Below, one piece after another: positions 13,970-27,562 of a stretch of DNA of 64,000 nt (position 1 is the first letter of the stretch; each line of letters begins with the position of its first letter). The position numbers and the translations under genes are program-made. Source of the stretch: Octopus vulgaris (taxonomy: Eukaryota); contig OX597837.1 in assembly GCA_951406725.2 (NCBI GenBank), positions 33,852,001 to 33,916,000 on the forward strand. Reading direction: 5' to 3'. The notes under the pieces were generated by a model that did no database searches, was not told the origin of the DNA, and was given only the letters and a program-made list of their open reading frames with translations.

Positions 13970-14765
13970 TTATCAGGAGAGAATGCATGCTGTTTCAGGC
14001 CTACCTCTCAACGGCATCAATGTGCACCGGCCCCCTTCACTGATATGAGGCCTTGCTTGCTAGATCAACTGGTTATCAAATGAAGCTCAATATTCTTCTA
14101 TCCATTGCTCATCCTCTCTTTTTAACCAAATCCAGTGGCTAGAACTTCTCCACTGTAGTTTGGATATCGGTCATGTTGGTATTTACCTTACGATGAGTTA
14201 GGCCTAACAATAACAACAGTCGTCTCACACTGTGTCCAACAAACCTTCTACATCCAACTTCGATTGGTAAATGCTCCGCTTTCCAGCCTGCGTTATCACA
14301 TTCCTTGAGGAGGTTTACATAACGGTCAATCTTCCAAGCCCGAGTGCCGTCCATGTTATCTTCATGAGGAACCATTAACTCGACTAGATATACAACTTTC
14401 TTTCCTTCACACCACATTCAAATGTCCGTTTTTTTCGTAACTGGGATGGGAAAGAATCCCTGGCACCCTGGTAAATCTGCAGTCACCTCCCAATAGCCAT
14501 TCCACTTTTCATCTCTCACAGGAAGTTTCTTGTTGTTCTTCTTGAAATGGATCCGCTCACCTGAGCGCATGAAGGCAATGAAATCTCTAGTTGGTACTTT
14601 CAACAGTATTGTTGAAATGAATTTGGTTCTTTATAACATTGAAGATAACCTTAAGGACCAGGTTGTGTCTCCATGTATACCTGTTGAATGCTAATGAACA
14701 GTTGGAAAAAGTATGTTTCAGTGTTCCGACCATATAAATGTTTGATATATTTGACAAACCATTTG
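13970..14765 (-). mobile_element. Hero/NeSL-type non-LTR retrotransposon 3' fragment (restriction-like endonuclease)
   Basis: GTLKH-FSNC...RYTWRHN-VL zinc-knuckle region, KKTDI...ELMVPHE and PIEVGCR-F; interrupted by stops and frameshifts. Confidence 0.85.
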
Positions 14766-15715
14766 TTTGATATATTTGTTTGATAATTTGAGAAAGCCAT
14801 GCCAGCATGGAAAATGGATGTTAAAAGATGATGATGGTGGAGGTGGTGGTGTATCCATAGCTGTCCTCTTATCTCTAGACTATCAGACTATTTTCCTTAA
14901 AGACATGTCTATTCCAAAGAAGGAATTGGCCGCAATTTTTGCATGGCATTTTCTTATTCTTGATAGGAAGATTAATTTCAATAATTCAAGAATTTTTCTT
15001 CTATGGTATCTGACATTCCCTTTTTTGTCATGTAATTGCTGTTTACAGATGTGGCATTGGCCACCCTCGGATATTTCTCTTGGCTAATTTTCATTTGTGT
15101 GAATGAGAGAATAAGTGGGTGAGTGTGAGAGAGAGAAAGTGAAGGTGAGAGAGTATGAGAGGTGTTTGTGTGAGTGTTCATGTGAGCCTGTGAGTGGGCG
15201 ACTGCGTGTGTGTGGGAGGGAGGACGAGGCATGCACACGTGTGAACCTGTGAGTAGGCGTGTGTGTGAGGGGGCGAAGCATGTGCAATTGTGAGCCTGTG
15301 AGTGGGCGACTGTGTGTGTGGGGGGGAGGCATGCGCACGTGTGAACCTGTGAGTGGGTGAGTGTGTGTGTGCGTGTGTGTGTGTGAGAGAGAGATATTCC
15401 AGTAATACTGAAACATCTGAGAGAAAGAAGCAAGTATAGAACTGTAAGGGAATAGTTTCTCATTAAACACAACAATCTGAAATAAAATGGTAAAATTATT
15501 GCAGGAATTTGGCTGAATAACCAGAAGACCTTTCTTTGATAGCAAACCCACCACTTAAGTAGATTATCAAATCTTTTGCCAGCAGCCAAAACACTACTCA
15601 CTGCTTTTCAGCACCTTACAACAAACACAAACTACAACATCTTACTTGGAAGAAACAAAAACAATCCATTGACATCTGAGACAAAGACGGGCATCAAAAT
15701 TGTTTGGTTTTGCAG

Positions 15716-16140
15716 GTAATAATAATAATAATAATAATTGTGTACAGTGCTCAGGTGCACTACAACAAAGTGTATATATAATCAGGTGTAGTTTCGGCGG
15801 ATTTCGGAAAGCATGAGGGCCTTAAAGGATGCAGTGTCATGGCAGTCAACAACTGACGCAGGCAGTTTGTTCCATGCTTCAGCAACTCTGAGCGGGAAAA
15901 AAACGTTTCCGAAAGTCATGGGAGCTGTGTTGTTTTCTGACTTTGTAGGCATGTCCACGTGTGTTAGACACATGGAGATCAAAAAGGTGTTCAGTGTTGT
16001 TGTTAGTGAGGTGGTTGATAACCTTGTGGGTGTTTACCAAGTCTGTTGCCAGACGCCGGAGCTTCAGTGAATCCATGCCCAGGAAAGCAAGGCGCTCAGA
16101 ATATGGTAGGTGTCTGATGGTAGGTGTCTGGTAGGTGTCT
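15716..16140 (-). mobile_element. CR1/L2-group LINE 3' fragment
   Basis: Near-identical to 7425-7882 in the opposite orientation. Confidence 0.85.
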
Positions 16141-16289
16141 GAGATCAGATTGAAGAATGATATATTGATCATGTGACCGACCAGGCGATCAGATGTTGTT
16201 ACACATCGCTGGTCACAATGTGTTTTGCATTGTTTTAGCCTGCAAATGACACCACCTCAGTGGCTAGGCAAGCAGGCCAACATTCCCCC

Positions 16290-17307
16290 CATCACAGAAG
16301 GAAAACGATGAGCGACCTAGAGAACCTGCCACAAGAATCACCCCCCAGAAATGTGATATTGTGCATTGAGAATCCATCCCCCAGGGCCAGACCATCAATC
16401 GAGAGTTCTACTGTGATGTTTTGAAGCATTTGAGGAAAGATATTTAGCGAAAGTGAGTGGATCTGTGGAGCACAAATAACTGGATTCTTCACAATGACAA
16501 TGCACCCTGTCACCAAACTCCTATTTACCAGATTTCGCACCTGCAGAATTCCATTTCTTCCCTAACATGAAAATGCAGCTTAAAGGTCACCGTTTTAACA
16601 CCGTTGTTGAAATCCAGAGCAAATCACAGAAGGTCCTCAACTCACAGAAAATGATTTCCAGGCCGGAGCACTGAGACCAGTGTATTACTGTGCAAGCTGA
16701 CTACTGTAAATCCTCGAATATAGTCCACCCTTGAGTATAATACGCAGGGGATTTTTAGGGGGCTGCACTTCTGAAAAACATAAACCTTGAGTATAATACA
16801 CACTCCTTCTCTAACTTGAGTTGTGCGTAATTAAACCAGCAGCACCTAGTCGAACAAACACTTCTGCGCATGCATAATACAATAATGGTGATGTTCTTAA
16901 CTGTTATATGGGAATGTAAATATGTTTGCAAATTGTTTTTGTTACATGTTATTCTTTGTTCAGAATACTTTTATTGTAATAAATGTAGCTTACTGCAAGT
17001 TATGGATGATTCATTTATGACTTCATTGCTTTCTGGCTTAACTTAAGGTATTTTCATGCCCGACATCATAAAATGCGTCTGAATAAATATTGCTGGACAG
17101 CAAATAGAGACTTGGACATTGCTTAGAAAATATTTTTCAGTTTTAACCTCGTACACACTAGGGATTTTGACCTTAAAATTTTGGGGAAAAAATGCAGATT
17201 ATACTCAAAGATGTACGGTATTTCAAAGAAGATGATGTTAAAACCTAGGTAAATAAATTATTTTTTATTAAACATAACTTGACCAGGAATCTTTTGATAG
17301 TACCTCA
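16290..17307 (+). mobile_element. Degenerate mariner 3' half, interrupted by a MITE
   Basis: WILHNDNAP-H, FP-MKMQLKGHRF, and QADY|FKED split at its TA; right end TTTTGATAGTACCTCA|TA. Confidence 0.75.
16704..17218. mobile_element. pogo/Tigger-like MITE nested in the mariner fossil
   Basis: TA TSD; imperfect TIRs CTGTAAATCCTCGAATATA / TATACTCAAAGATGTACGG. Confidence 0.72.
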
Positions 17308-17859
17308 TATCTTGCAATAAATATACCTGAAGCAAAAATTCTTTTTCTGAACCCTTAAAATAATATTGCAGATACACAACTTACTATTTTGCTGACACGA
17401 ACCTCGAAAACACTTAAATGGAACCTCGGATGTGATATGTACCCAGCTGAGAACCTCTGATATAGACCCTGATTTTAATACTGAACTAACAGGTCCAGGA
17501 GAGAAAACTCCTCAGCAACTATGTTGATCAAGTTTACAATAATATGAAAAGCAATAGAGTTGGTTTTGAGGAAAGACGAGAGAGAAAAAACAGGGGCCAC
17601 ACAAAACAAAGACAGGCCTGGTACTCTGTCGGTTATGACGAGTGGTTCCAGTTGGTTTGGTCAATAAAACAGCCTGCTTCATGAAGTTAATGTGCAAGTG
17701 GCTGAGCACTCCACAGGCACATGTACAAAGTGTGTGCGTGTGTGTGTGTGTGTGTAACAATAAGGAATAGACAAGTATGTGTATCTATGTAGGACGAAAG
17801 GTTTGTGTGTGAAAAAGAATGCTTATGAACATTTGGGAGTTGACAAAACAGGTGTTGTG

Positions 17860-18559
17860 TTGTGTTGAAGGTGTGTGTGTGTGTGTGTGTGTGTGTACAT
17901 TGTATATGTGTTTGCAGTGTGTGTGTGTGTATGTGTGTGTATGCATGTGATGTGGCATGTTATATGTATGCACATGTTTTGCATGTGGGTGTTGCATGTG
18001 GATGTTATGTGTGGATGTGCACATGTGGTGTGTGTGTATATTGCAAGTGTTTGCAGCATGTGTGTGTGTGTGTGGTATGTGTGCACGTGGTATGTTTTAT
18101 GTGTTGTATGTTTTATGTGTTGTGTGTGAGTGTGTGCATGTAGCGTGTGTGTGTATATGTAGTATGTATGTTTATGCGTTTTGAGTGTGTACATATGTAT
18201 ATTGTATATGTATTTGTTGTAAAGGTGTGTGTGTGTATGTGTGGGTGTTTGCATGTGACGTGTGTGTGTGTGTGTGCACGAGTGTGTATGTGTGTGTGTG
18301 CATGTGACATGTGTGTGTGTGTGTGCACGTGTGTGTATGTGTGTGTGTGTGTGCATGTGACGTGTGTGTGTGTGCACGTGTGTGTATGTGTGTGGGTGTT
18401 TGCATGTGACATGTGTGTGTGTGTGCACGTGTGTGTATGTGTGTGTGTGTGTGCATGTGACGTGTGTGTGTGTGTGTGCATGTGACGTGTGTGTGTGTGT
18501 GTGCACGTGTGTGTATGTGTGTGGGTGTTTGCATGTGACATGTGTGTGTGTGCACGTGT

Positions 18560-18599
<40 letters not shown>

Positions 18600-18636
18600 A
18601 TGTGACGTGTGTGTGTGCATGTGACGTGTGTGTGTG
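17860..18636. repeat. GT-rich compound micro/minisatellite
   Basis: (GT)n with recurring GCATGTGAC and GCACGT units. Confidence 0.95.
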
Positions 18637-18939
18637 GGGGAGGGCACTGGCTTGTTTTGTATGTACGGGTGTGGATGTGCAAGTGAACTTTAAAAAGAAA
18701 ACAAAGCCAACTTTACTGGAGACCAGGTAGTTTTTGTTGGTCTCTCTTCCTCCTCCTCCCCACCCCCCAAACTGACACCACCACACCATCACCACCCCAC
18801 CCCACCCCCACTCAGGTCCCCAATACCTTCAGTGGGAAATAGGTTTTTTTTTGTCAGATATTGATCTGATCAATTTATACACATACAAATAGTTCACAGC
18901 CAATCACAGATGTTAAAAACTGGGGTGACAGCAGCAACA

Positions 18940-18958
18940 GTAGTAATAGTAATAGTAA

Positions 18959-18989
<31 letters not shown>

Positions 18990-19246
18990 GGTGGTTGTAG
19001 TAGTAGTAGTAGTAGTAGTAATAGTAGTAGTAGTAATAGTAGTAATAGTAGTAGTAGTAATAGTAGTAGTAGTAATAGTAGTAATAGTAGTAGTAGTAAT
19101 AGTAGTAGTAGTAGTAGTAGTAATAGTAGTAGTAGTAATAGTAGTAGTAGTAATAGTAGTAGTGGTGGTGGTGGTTGTAGTATTGGTGGTGGTAGTAGTA
19201 GGGGTGATGGGGTAATGATTGGTGTTGGTAGTACTAATAGAAACGA

Positions 19247-19280
<34 letters not shown>

Positions 19281-19425
19281 GGTGGTTGTAGTATTGGTGG
19301 TGGTGGTAGAGGGGTAATGATTGGTGGTAGTGATGTTGGTGGTGGTAGGGTAATGATTGGTGTTGGTAGTAGAAATGATAGTAGTAGTAGTGGTGGTGGT
19401 GGTGGTGGTGGTGGTAGTAGTAGTG

Positions 19426-19492
<67 letters not shown>

Positions 19493-19617
19493 AAATGATA
19501 GTAGTAGTGGTGGTGGTGGTGGTGGTGATAGTAGTAGTAGTAGTAGTAGTAGTAGTAGCAGCAGCAGCAGTAGTAGTAGTAGTAGTAGTAGAAATGATAG
19601 TAGTAGTGGTGGTGGTG

Positions 19618-19663
<46 letters not shown>

Positions 19664-19742
19664 CAGCAGCAGCAGCAGTAGTAGTAGTAGAAATGATAGT
19701 AGTAGTGGTGGTGGTGGTGGTGGTGGTGGTGGTGGTGGGGGT
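18940..19742. repeat. (TAG/TGG/CAG)n compound microsatellite with higher-order units
   Basis: The AGAAATGATAG marker recurs every ~100-120 nt. Confidence 0.95.
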
Positions 19743-19967
19743 GGCATGAGGAGACTTGGCAGTTATTTCTAACAAACCTAACAAGTAGTATGTGCAGTAG
19801 TAGTGTGGTGGTGTGGTGGTTGTGGTGGTAGTACAAGCGGCACAGAGATACTCCCTGCAAGGTACTTGTGAATACTCCATGGGAAAGAGCATCTCTGTGG
19901 TCACATTCTAGCCACGCCATCATCATGCAAGATTCATCACCATCATCATCGTTGTCGTCAGCATGAG

Positions 19968-20411
19968 TGTAGGTATGGCTGGGTGGTTATGAAGCTTGCT
20001 TTGCAACCGTGTGGTCTTGAGTTCAGTCCCACTGTGTGGCACCTTAGAAAAGGATCTTCTACTATAGCCCTGGGTTGGCTGGTGCTTTGCGAGTGAATCT
20101 GGTAGATAGAAACTATGGAAGCCCATCATGTGTGTGTGTGTGTGTATATTGGTGTGTGTGAGTATTGGTGTGTGTGTGTGTGTGTGTGAGTATTGGTGTG
20201 TGTGTGTGTGTATTGGTGTGTGTGTGTGTGTATTGGTGTGTGTGTGTGTGTATTGGTGTGTGTGTGTGTATTGGTGTGTGTGTGTGTATTGGTGTGTGTG
20301 TGTGTATTGGTGTGTGTGTGTGTATTGGTGTGTGTGTGTATTGGTGTGTGTGTGTGTATTGGTGTGTGTGTGTGTATTGGTGTGTGTGTGTGTATTGGTG
20401 TGTGTGTGTGT

Positions 20412-20452
<41 letters not shown>

Positions 20453-21365
20453 TGGTGTGTGTGTGAGTATTGGTGTGTGTGTGTGAGTATTGGTGTGTGT
20501 GTGTGAGTATTGGTGTGTGTGTGTGAGTATTGGTGTGTGTGTGTGAGTATTGGTGTGTGTGTGTGAGTGTATTGGTGTGTGTGTGTGAGTGAGTGTATTG
20601 GTGTGTGTGAGTGAGTGTATTGGTGTGTGTGAGTGAGTGTATTGGTGTGTGTGTGTGTGTGTATATTGGTGTGTGTGTGTGTGTATATTGGTGTGTGTGT
20701 ATATTGGTGTGTGTGTGTGTGTATATTGGTGTGTGTGTGTATTGGTGTGTGTGTGTATTGGTGTGTGTGTGTATTGGTGTGTGTGTGTATTGGTGTGTGT
20801 GTATTGGTGTGTGTGTATTGGTGTGTGTGTATTGGTGTGTGTGTATTGGTGTGTGTGTATTGGTGTGTGTGTATTGGTGTGTGTGTGTATTGGTGTGTGT
20901 GTGTATTGGTGTGTGTGTGTATTGGTGTGTGTGTATTGGTGTGTGTGTATTGGTGTGTGTGCATTGGTGTGTGTGTGTGTATTGGTGTGTGTGTGTATTG
21001 GTGTGTGTGTATTGGTGTGTGTGTGTATTGGTGTGTGTGTATTGGTGTGTGTGCATTGGTGTGTGTGTGTATTGGTGTGTGTGTATTGGTGTGTGTGCAT
21101 TGGTGTGTGTGCATTGGTGTGCGCATGTGTCCATTTGCATATCCGTTTGCGTATGTGTGTGTTGGTTTGTGAATGTGTTGGTGTTTGTCCCCAACCATCA
21201 CTTGACAATCAGTATTGGTTTGTTTACATCCCCATAACTTAGCAGTTTAGCGAGAAAGACTCCCAGAAAAAGCACCAGATTTAAATAAGTAAGGTCACTT
21301 TGTTTAACTAAACCCTTTGAGGTGGTGCCACAGCATGGCCACAGTCCATGACTGAAACAAATTAA
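19968..21365 (+). mobile_element. Family B SINE with a ~1 kb expanded internal (GT)n-TATTG satellite
   Basis: SINE head 19968-20127, satellite 20128-21170, SINE 3' half 21180-21365. Confidence 0.82.
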
Positions 21366-21391
21366 AAAATCAAAAAATCATCATCACCAGC

Positions 21392-21434
<43 letters not shown>

Positions 21435-21859
21435 AACATGGCTGGCACTATGCTCTAGGTGGACAAGGTGATCACATGGTACACTAAAGTCGAGGGCCCT
21501 ACATATAACTTACACAAAGTTTTTGAATCCATTCAAAAACATGAATACTTTGTAATAAATAGACCAAGTGAGGTCCCTCCTCACAGAGAAATGAAGGACG
21601 GAGGGCATTGGTGGAAACAGGGCACATTGGATAATGTAGTCCTAGAAATACAAATGCATGTACAAAGCTGTCTCTTTTATATATGTAGTTGCATGTCTGG
21701 ACATGTGCATGTGTCCTTGTATGCTAAACTTTTGTCAAGTTTTACAGATTTTTTCAGTTCCATTGATGGGTTGTGTTTATAATCTTCTAATTAGTTTTCT
21801 CCTTGCTGGTTTTGAGAATCCTAATTTCTCAAGATTGATGCTGCGGCATCAAGCGTGAA

Positions 21860-22132
21860 TGGTATTTTTAGCATGCCATCAGCTCGGAGGCCAGCTTGTT
21901 GCTCTGGCCCCGATCTCACTCGTATGGTTCTCTTAGCGCTCCACTAGCATGGATGCCAGTCATTGAATTTGATTTCGATTTCACTTGCCTCAACAAGTCT
22001 TCGCAAACAGAATTTAGTGCCCAATGAAGGAAAGGGCATCCTGTCTTAAATTCTTCCATTATTGCCTGGAGGACTATGATAAATAGGAGGGGGCTGAGGA
22101 CTGAACCTTGGTGGACCCCTACCTCTACCCTG
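21860..22132 (-). mobile_element. RTE-like LINE reverse transcriptase fragment
   Basis: FRVEVGVHQGSVLSPLLFIIVL is the RT motif QGxxLSP. Confidence 0.75.
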
Positions 22133-22376
22133 AATATATATATACATACACACACACACGTGTGTGTCAGTTTGTATGCCTTCAAACAATGTTCACATAA
22201 TCGAAAAGCAACAGTTGAGCTGATTAAGATTTGAACTCAAAATACCATTAAACAAATGCGACTGAACATTTCAAGGTGAACGGCCTTTTTTCTCTGCTGT
22301 TTCTACCAGGTCTCCATTCTTTCCCCAGATTGAATATTAATAAGGCCATTAACAACAGCAGTGGTGGTGGTAATGA

Positions 22377-22408
<32 letters not shown>

Positions 22409-22598
22409 GTGCTACTGCCACCACCACCACCACCACAGTACTGTTGCCGCCACCACTTTTCAATTATTCAAGCCACACTAATGTTCTATTTATATTCTGA
22501 TGCAAAGAAATCAATAATTTCATTTTCAAGTTCACACACACGTGCACACAGTCACAAGAAATGAGCATTCAGTGAAGCCTTTATAGAAATACACACAC

Positions 22599-22640
<42 letters not shown>

Positions 22641-22641
<1 letters not shown>

Positions 22642-22975
22642 TAAATGAAAGAATGGAGTCGAACGAGGATTTAACAAAATTCCTTTATTCTCGACATATG
22701 TTTCGAAGACTGCATTTCCTAATTTCGAAGATTGCATATTCCTAATAGGAATATGCAGGCTTGAAACATATGTCGAGAATAAAGGAATTTTGTTAAATCC
22801 TCGTTCGACTCCATTCTTTCATTTATTTATAGTAAAAACCACACAAATTTCCACACGAAAGCACGTGATCTCTGCCCTTGGCATGTAGCTTCAACCGTGT
22901 TTTCTGACGTGAATTTGCTACCCGGGTATCGGTTAACCGAATTATCCATACTAGGATAATTCATTCAACTACTTA
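22641..22975 (+). mobile_element. Penelope-like pLTR remnant with a 64-bp inverted repeat
   Basis: Arms 22641-22704 / 22763-22826; carries the hammerhead 3' half GAAACATATGTC followed by AATAAA; flanked by (CA)n and (TA)n. Confidence 0.7.
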
Positions 22976-23165
22976 TATATATATATATATATATATATAT
23001 GATAGATAGATATGTGTAAAGAACAATGAGAAGCACAATAAACTGCAACAAACATGTTGGAAGTGTACACATGCACATTGCTAAAAATGAGTGGCTGGGT
23101 GCAGGAGTGGCTCTGTGGTAAGTAGCTTGCTTACCAATTACATGGTTCCATGTATTTAAGTACGC

Positions 23166-23205
<40 letters not shown>

Positions 23206-23543
23206 CATAAAAAGCACCATCCGACCGTGGCTGTTTGCCAGACTTATCTGGCACCTGTGCAGGTGGCACGTAAAAAGCACCCACTACACTCATGGAGTGG
23301 TTGGCGTTAGGAAGGGCATCCAGCCGTAGAAACATTGCCAGATCAGACTGGACCTGGTGCAGCCTTCTGGCTTCCCAGACCCCAGTTGCACCGTCCAACC
23401 CATGCCAGCATGGAAAGAGGACGCTAAACGAGGATGATGATGATGATATATATAAAGTTAATCCAAACATGAAAGCACAAAAAAACACAACGCGAGGATG
23501 TGGAACAAATATAGTATTATTGGACGCTCAGGAAAGAAGGAGG

Positions 23544-23578
23544 GTTTAACGTTTCAAGCGGAGCTCTTTGTTGGAAAC
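23544..23578 (-). ncRNA. Decayed minimal hammerhead motif
   Basis: Same family as 48691-48725, but core CCGACGA has become CCAACAA and CGAAA has become TGAAA (CpG transitions). Confidence 0.55.
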
Positions 23579-23607
23579 ATAGGAGAAGGAAAGATCCAGA
23601 GAAGGGA

Positions 23608-23644
<37 letters not shown>

Positions 23645-23714
23645 TATATATGTAAATATATATATATATGTGTACACATATGTATATATATATGTGTGTG
23701 TGTGTGTGTGAGGG

Positions 23715-23794
23715 CACATGGCCTAGTGGTCACATGGCCTAGTGGTCACATGGCCTAGTGGTCACATGGCCTAGTGGTCACATGGCCTAGTGGT
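23715..23794 (+). repeat. Five tandem copies of CACATGGCCTAGTGGT (A-box of a SINE head)
   Basis: Exact 16-bp period; B-box GGTTCGATTCC follows at ~23827. Confidence 0.9.
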
Positions 23795-24298
23795 CACAAT
23801 GTTGCACTCACTGTTGCAAGATTGTGGGTTCGATTCCCAGACTAGGTGGTGCATTGTGTTCTTGAGCAAAACACTTCATCACACGTTGCCCTGAAATCAC
23901 TTCAACACCTGACACGTGGCACACCTGTTGCACCTGTTCAGGCAAAGATGATTTGATGGAGACAGAGAGAGCAAATTCACAGCTCAAACACCTGATCATC
24001 ATCATCATCATCATCATCATCATTTAACGGTCGTTGTCCATGCTGGTATGGGTTGGACAGTTTGACCAGGGCTGGTAAGATGGAAGTCTACACCAGACTC
24101 CAGTCTGATTTGGCATGGATTTCTACAGCTGGAATCCCTTCCTGACACCAACCACTCAGAGTGTAACGGGGGCCTTTATGTGCCACCAGCATGGGTGCCA
24201 TTTGCATGAGACTGAGGGTGCTTTTACGTGCCACTGGAATGGGTACCAATTTGCGTGACACCAGTATCTGCGACAACCCAGCTTGATGGGTCTTCTTC

Positions 24299-24510
24299 TC
24301 AAGCATGACGTAATGCCAAAGGTCTCGGTCATTGCTTCTGTGAGGCCCAACGCTTGAAAGGAATCCAGCCCCTTTGCCCTCGTGAGGCCCAATGCTTGAA
24401 AGGTGCTCTTTACATGCCATCATCACTAAAAACAAATCATTTGTGCAGGTCGTTTAGCAAGTAATTACCGAACCATTTTTCTAGGACTACAAGAGACTAC
24501 AATCATATAC

Positions 24511-24545
<35 letters not shown>

Positions 24546-25063
24546 AGGGTGTGTGTGCGAGGGTGTGTGTGCGAGGGTGTGTGTGCGAGGGTGTGTGTGC
24601 GAGGGTGTGTGTGCGAGGGTAAGTGTGCGAGGGTGAGTGCATGAGGGTGAGTGCATGAGGGTGAGAGAGAGTGTGTGCGCATGTGAGAGGGCACGCGCTT
24701 GTGAGAGAGCATGCAAGTGTGAGAGAGTGTGTGTGTGGGTGGGTGTGTGTGTGTGTGTGCATGTGTTTCTGTGTATGTATCATTCATTGATGTGTATCAC
24801 CAAAAAGATACTATGAATAATTGTGACACTTGTTCTGACCTGAGGTGGACACACTCCCTTGTCAAGCATGACATAATGACAAAGGTCTCAGTCATTGCCT
24901 CTGTGAGGCCCAAAAGGAACTCGGCCCCTTTGCCCTCGTGAGGCCCAATGCTTGAAAGGTGCTCTTTACATGCCATCATCACTAAAAACAAATCATTTGT
25001 GCAGGTCGTTTAGAAATTAATTACCAAACCATTTTTCTAGGACTACAAGAGACTACAATCATA

Positions 25064-25108
<45 letters not shown>

Positions 25109-26248
25109 TGCATAGAGAAGTGGTTAGAGTGTTGCAGTCGCAGTCACAAGATCATGATTTGTGTGTGCTTTGTGTTCTTGAGCAAATCAATTCATCTCAT
25201 GTCCTGCGATCACTTCAACACCTGTTCAGGTGCGCCTGTTCAGCCAATGCTGATTTGATGAAGCGAGTAAACTAATGTGCAACACATGTATTTGATCCCT
25301 GTAACCAGATCGTCTTGAGCAAGTCTTTCAGCAAGAAATTGCAGAACTGTCTTTCTCAAACCCAAGAGATTGCCGTGTGTGTGTGTGGGTGAGTGTGTGA
25401 GGGTGAGTGTGTGAGGGTGTGTGTGTGAGGGTGAGTGTGTGAGGGTGTGTGTGTGAGGGTGAGTGTGTGAGGGTGTGTGTGGGTGTGTGTGTGTGTAAGG
25501 GTGTGTGTGTGTGTGCGTATGGGTGACAGTGTGCAAGCATGAGAGAGCGTGTGTGCGTGTGTGTGCATGAGAGTGAGAGAGTGTGTAAGAGTAAGAGAGA
25601 GAGTGTGTGTGAGAGTGAGAGAGAGAGTGAGAGTGTGTGAGAGTGTGTGAGGGAGGGAGAGTGTGTGTGAGAGAGTGTGAGAGTGAGAGAGAGTGTGCGT
25701 GCGAAAGAGTGTGCATGCGAGAGAGAGAGGGAGCATGTGTGCGAGAGAGAGAGGGAGCATGTGTGCGAGAGAGAGAGAGAGCGTGCGAGAGAGCATGCGT
25801 GCATGCAAGAGAGTGTGTGCATGCATGTGACAGAGCGTGCACGTATACATGTGAGAGAGCATGCATGTGTGCGCGAGTGTGTGCATGCAAGAGCGCACGT
25901 GCATGCGAGAGAGCGTACATGCATGCAAGAGCATATGTGCGTGCAAGAAAGCATGCATGCATGCAAGAAAGCGTGTGTGCGTGCATGTGAGAGGGCATGC
26001 ATGCAAGTGTGCATATGAGAGACCGTGTGTGCAAGTGTGCGTGTGTGTGTGCAGGAGAGAGCGTGCATGCAAGAGGGAGCTTGCATGTGAGTGTGTGACA
26101 AAGAGTGTGTGTGTGCGCGTGATTGAGTATGTGCATGCGCGTGTGTTTCCGTGTATATATCATTCATTGATGTGTATCACCAAAAAGATACCACTATGAA
26201 TAATTGGAGCATTTGTTCTGACCTGAGGTGGACACACTCCCTTGTCAC
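24299..26248. repeat. Local tandem duplication with differently expanded GT/GA repeats
   Basis: 24369-24510 matches 24924-25066; 24777-24864 matches 26157-26248. Confidence 0.85.
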
Positions 26249-27562
26249 TTCCTGCCAGCAGACACGAAGTAAACAAGTGACTGATCCTTCTGAGGAGCAA
26301 AAACACTATAAGGAATCTCTATTACGTTGCTTGACATGCTGGAAATAATAACCAAATCACACACACATTACTACATTGGGTAACACAGTCCTACACAGAG
26401 CGTGATGGTGGTGGTGGTGGTGAAGAAGAAAGAGAGAATGTAAGAAAGGAAGAGAAAGACAAAGAATGAAAGAAAGAAGAAAAGAAGAAAGGAGGTTAGG
26501 GAAGAAGAAAAGAAAAAAAGAAAGGGAAAACTAAGGAAGGAGAAGAAGAAACAATGAGATAAAAAAGAACCACAATGACAAAAAGAAGAAAAAAATAATA
26601 AAAAGATGATGGAAAATATTATGAGGAATTGTAAATATTGTGAGAAATATGGTACAAGATATAATTATATGAAGTGAAATAGTTTTGACCGGGTCATTAA
26701 AAATATGGAGAATATTAAATATTGTAATGATGGTTTATAAAGTTGACAGATGTTACTGTAGAGCGTAGATAACAAAAGGGGGATCCAAAATGGGATTGTG
26801 CTGTTGTCATCATTATTATCATTTTTCCATACTGGTATGGGTTGGATGGTTTGATAGGTGCTGGCAAGCCAAAGGGCTGCACCAGGCTCCAGTTGTTATG
26901 TTTTGGCATGGTTGCCCTATGGCTGGATGCCCTTCTTAACACCAACCACCCAGCACAAGTGCATTTCACGTGGCACCAGCATCTGTGGGGTTGCTGAGTA
27001 GCTTGCAAGACAAAGACCTCTCAGCTGAGAGATGGAGTGGAAGCGAGAGAAGTGGCTGTGTGCACTTGTGTGTGTGAATGTGTATGCATGTGTGCACATG
27101 TGCATATATGCAAGAGTGTGTGCGAGTGTATGTCTGCATGTGTGTACATACATATATACATACATATATTTATATATAATCATTTTAATATCCTCTTTCC
27201 CACACTCACATGGGTCAGACAAATTTGTTGTTGAGGAAGATTTTCTATGGCTGGATGCCCTTCCTATCACCAACCCTCACCTTGATTGCAAGCAAGGTAA
27301 TATTTCCCCATGGCCAGACATGCTTTTCACAAAAGACTGGAAAAGAAGGACACTGCTTCCATGATGACAACACTCATTTACAACTATCTCGTGATGTCCA
27401 GGCAAGAAGACACTAACACACACACACACACACACACACACGATGAGCTTCTTTCAGTTTCCATCTACTAAACACACTCACACAAGCTTTGGTTGACCCA
27501 AATCTATAGAAGTTTATCCAGAATTGTGTGATTGAGAACCAAATTTCTTAACAGACATGCTT

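Noticed and set aside
17785-21242. His/Thr-, Val/Cys-, Leu/Pro- and Thr-rich ORFs
   Set aside because: Translations of dinucleotide and trinucleotide repeats, open in several frames.
23715-23794. Short direct-repeat array resembling CRISPR (also 61307-61421)
   Set aside because: No unique spacers, no cas genes, eukaryotic context.
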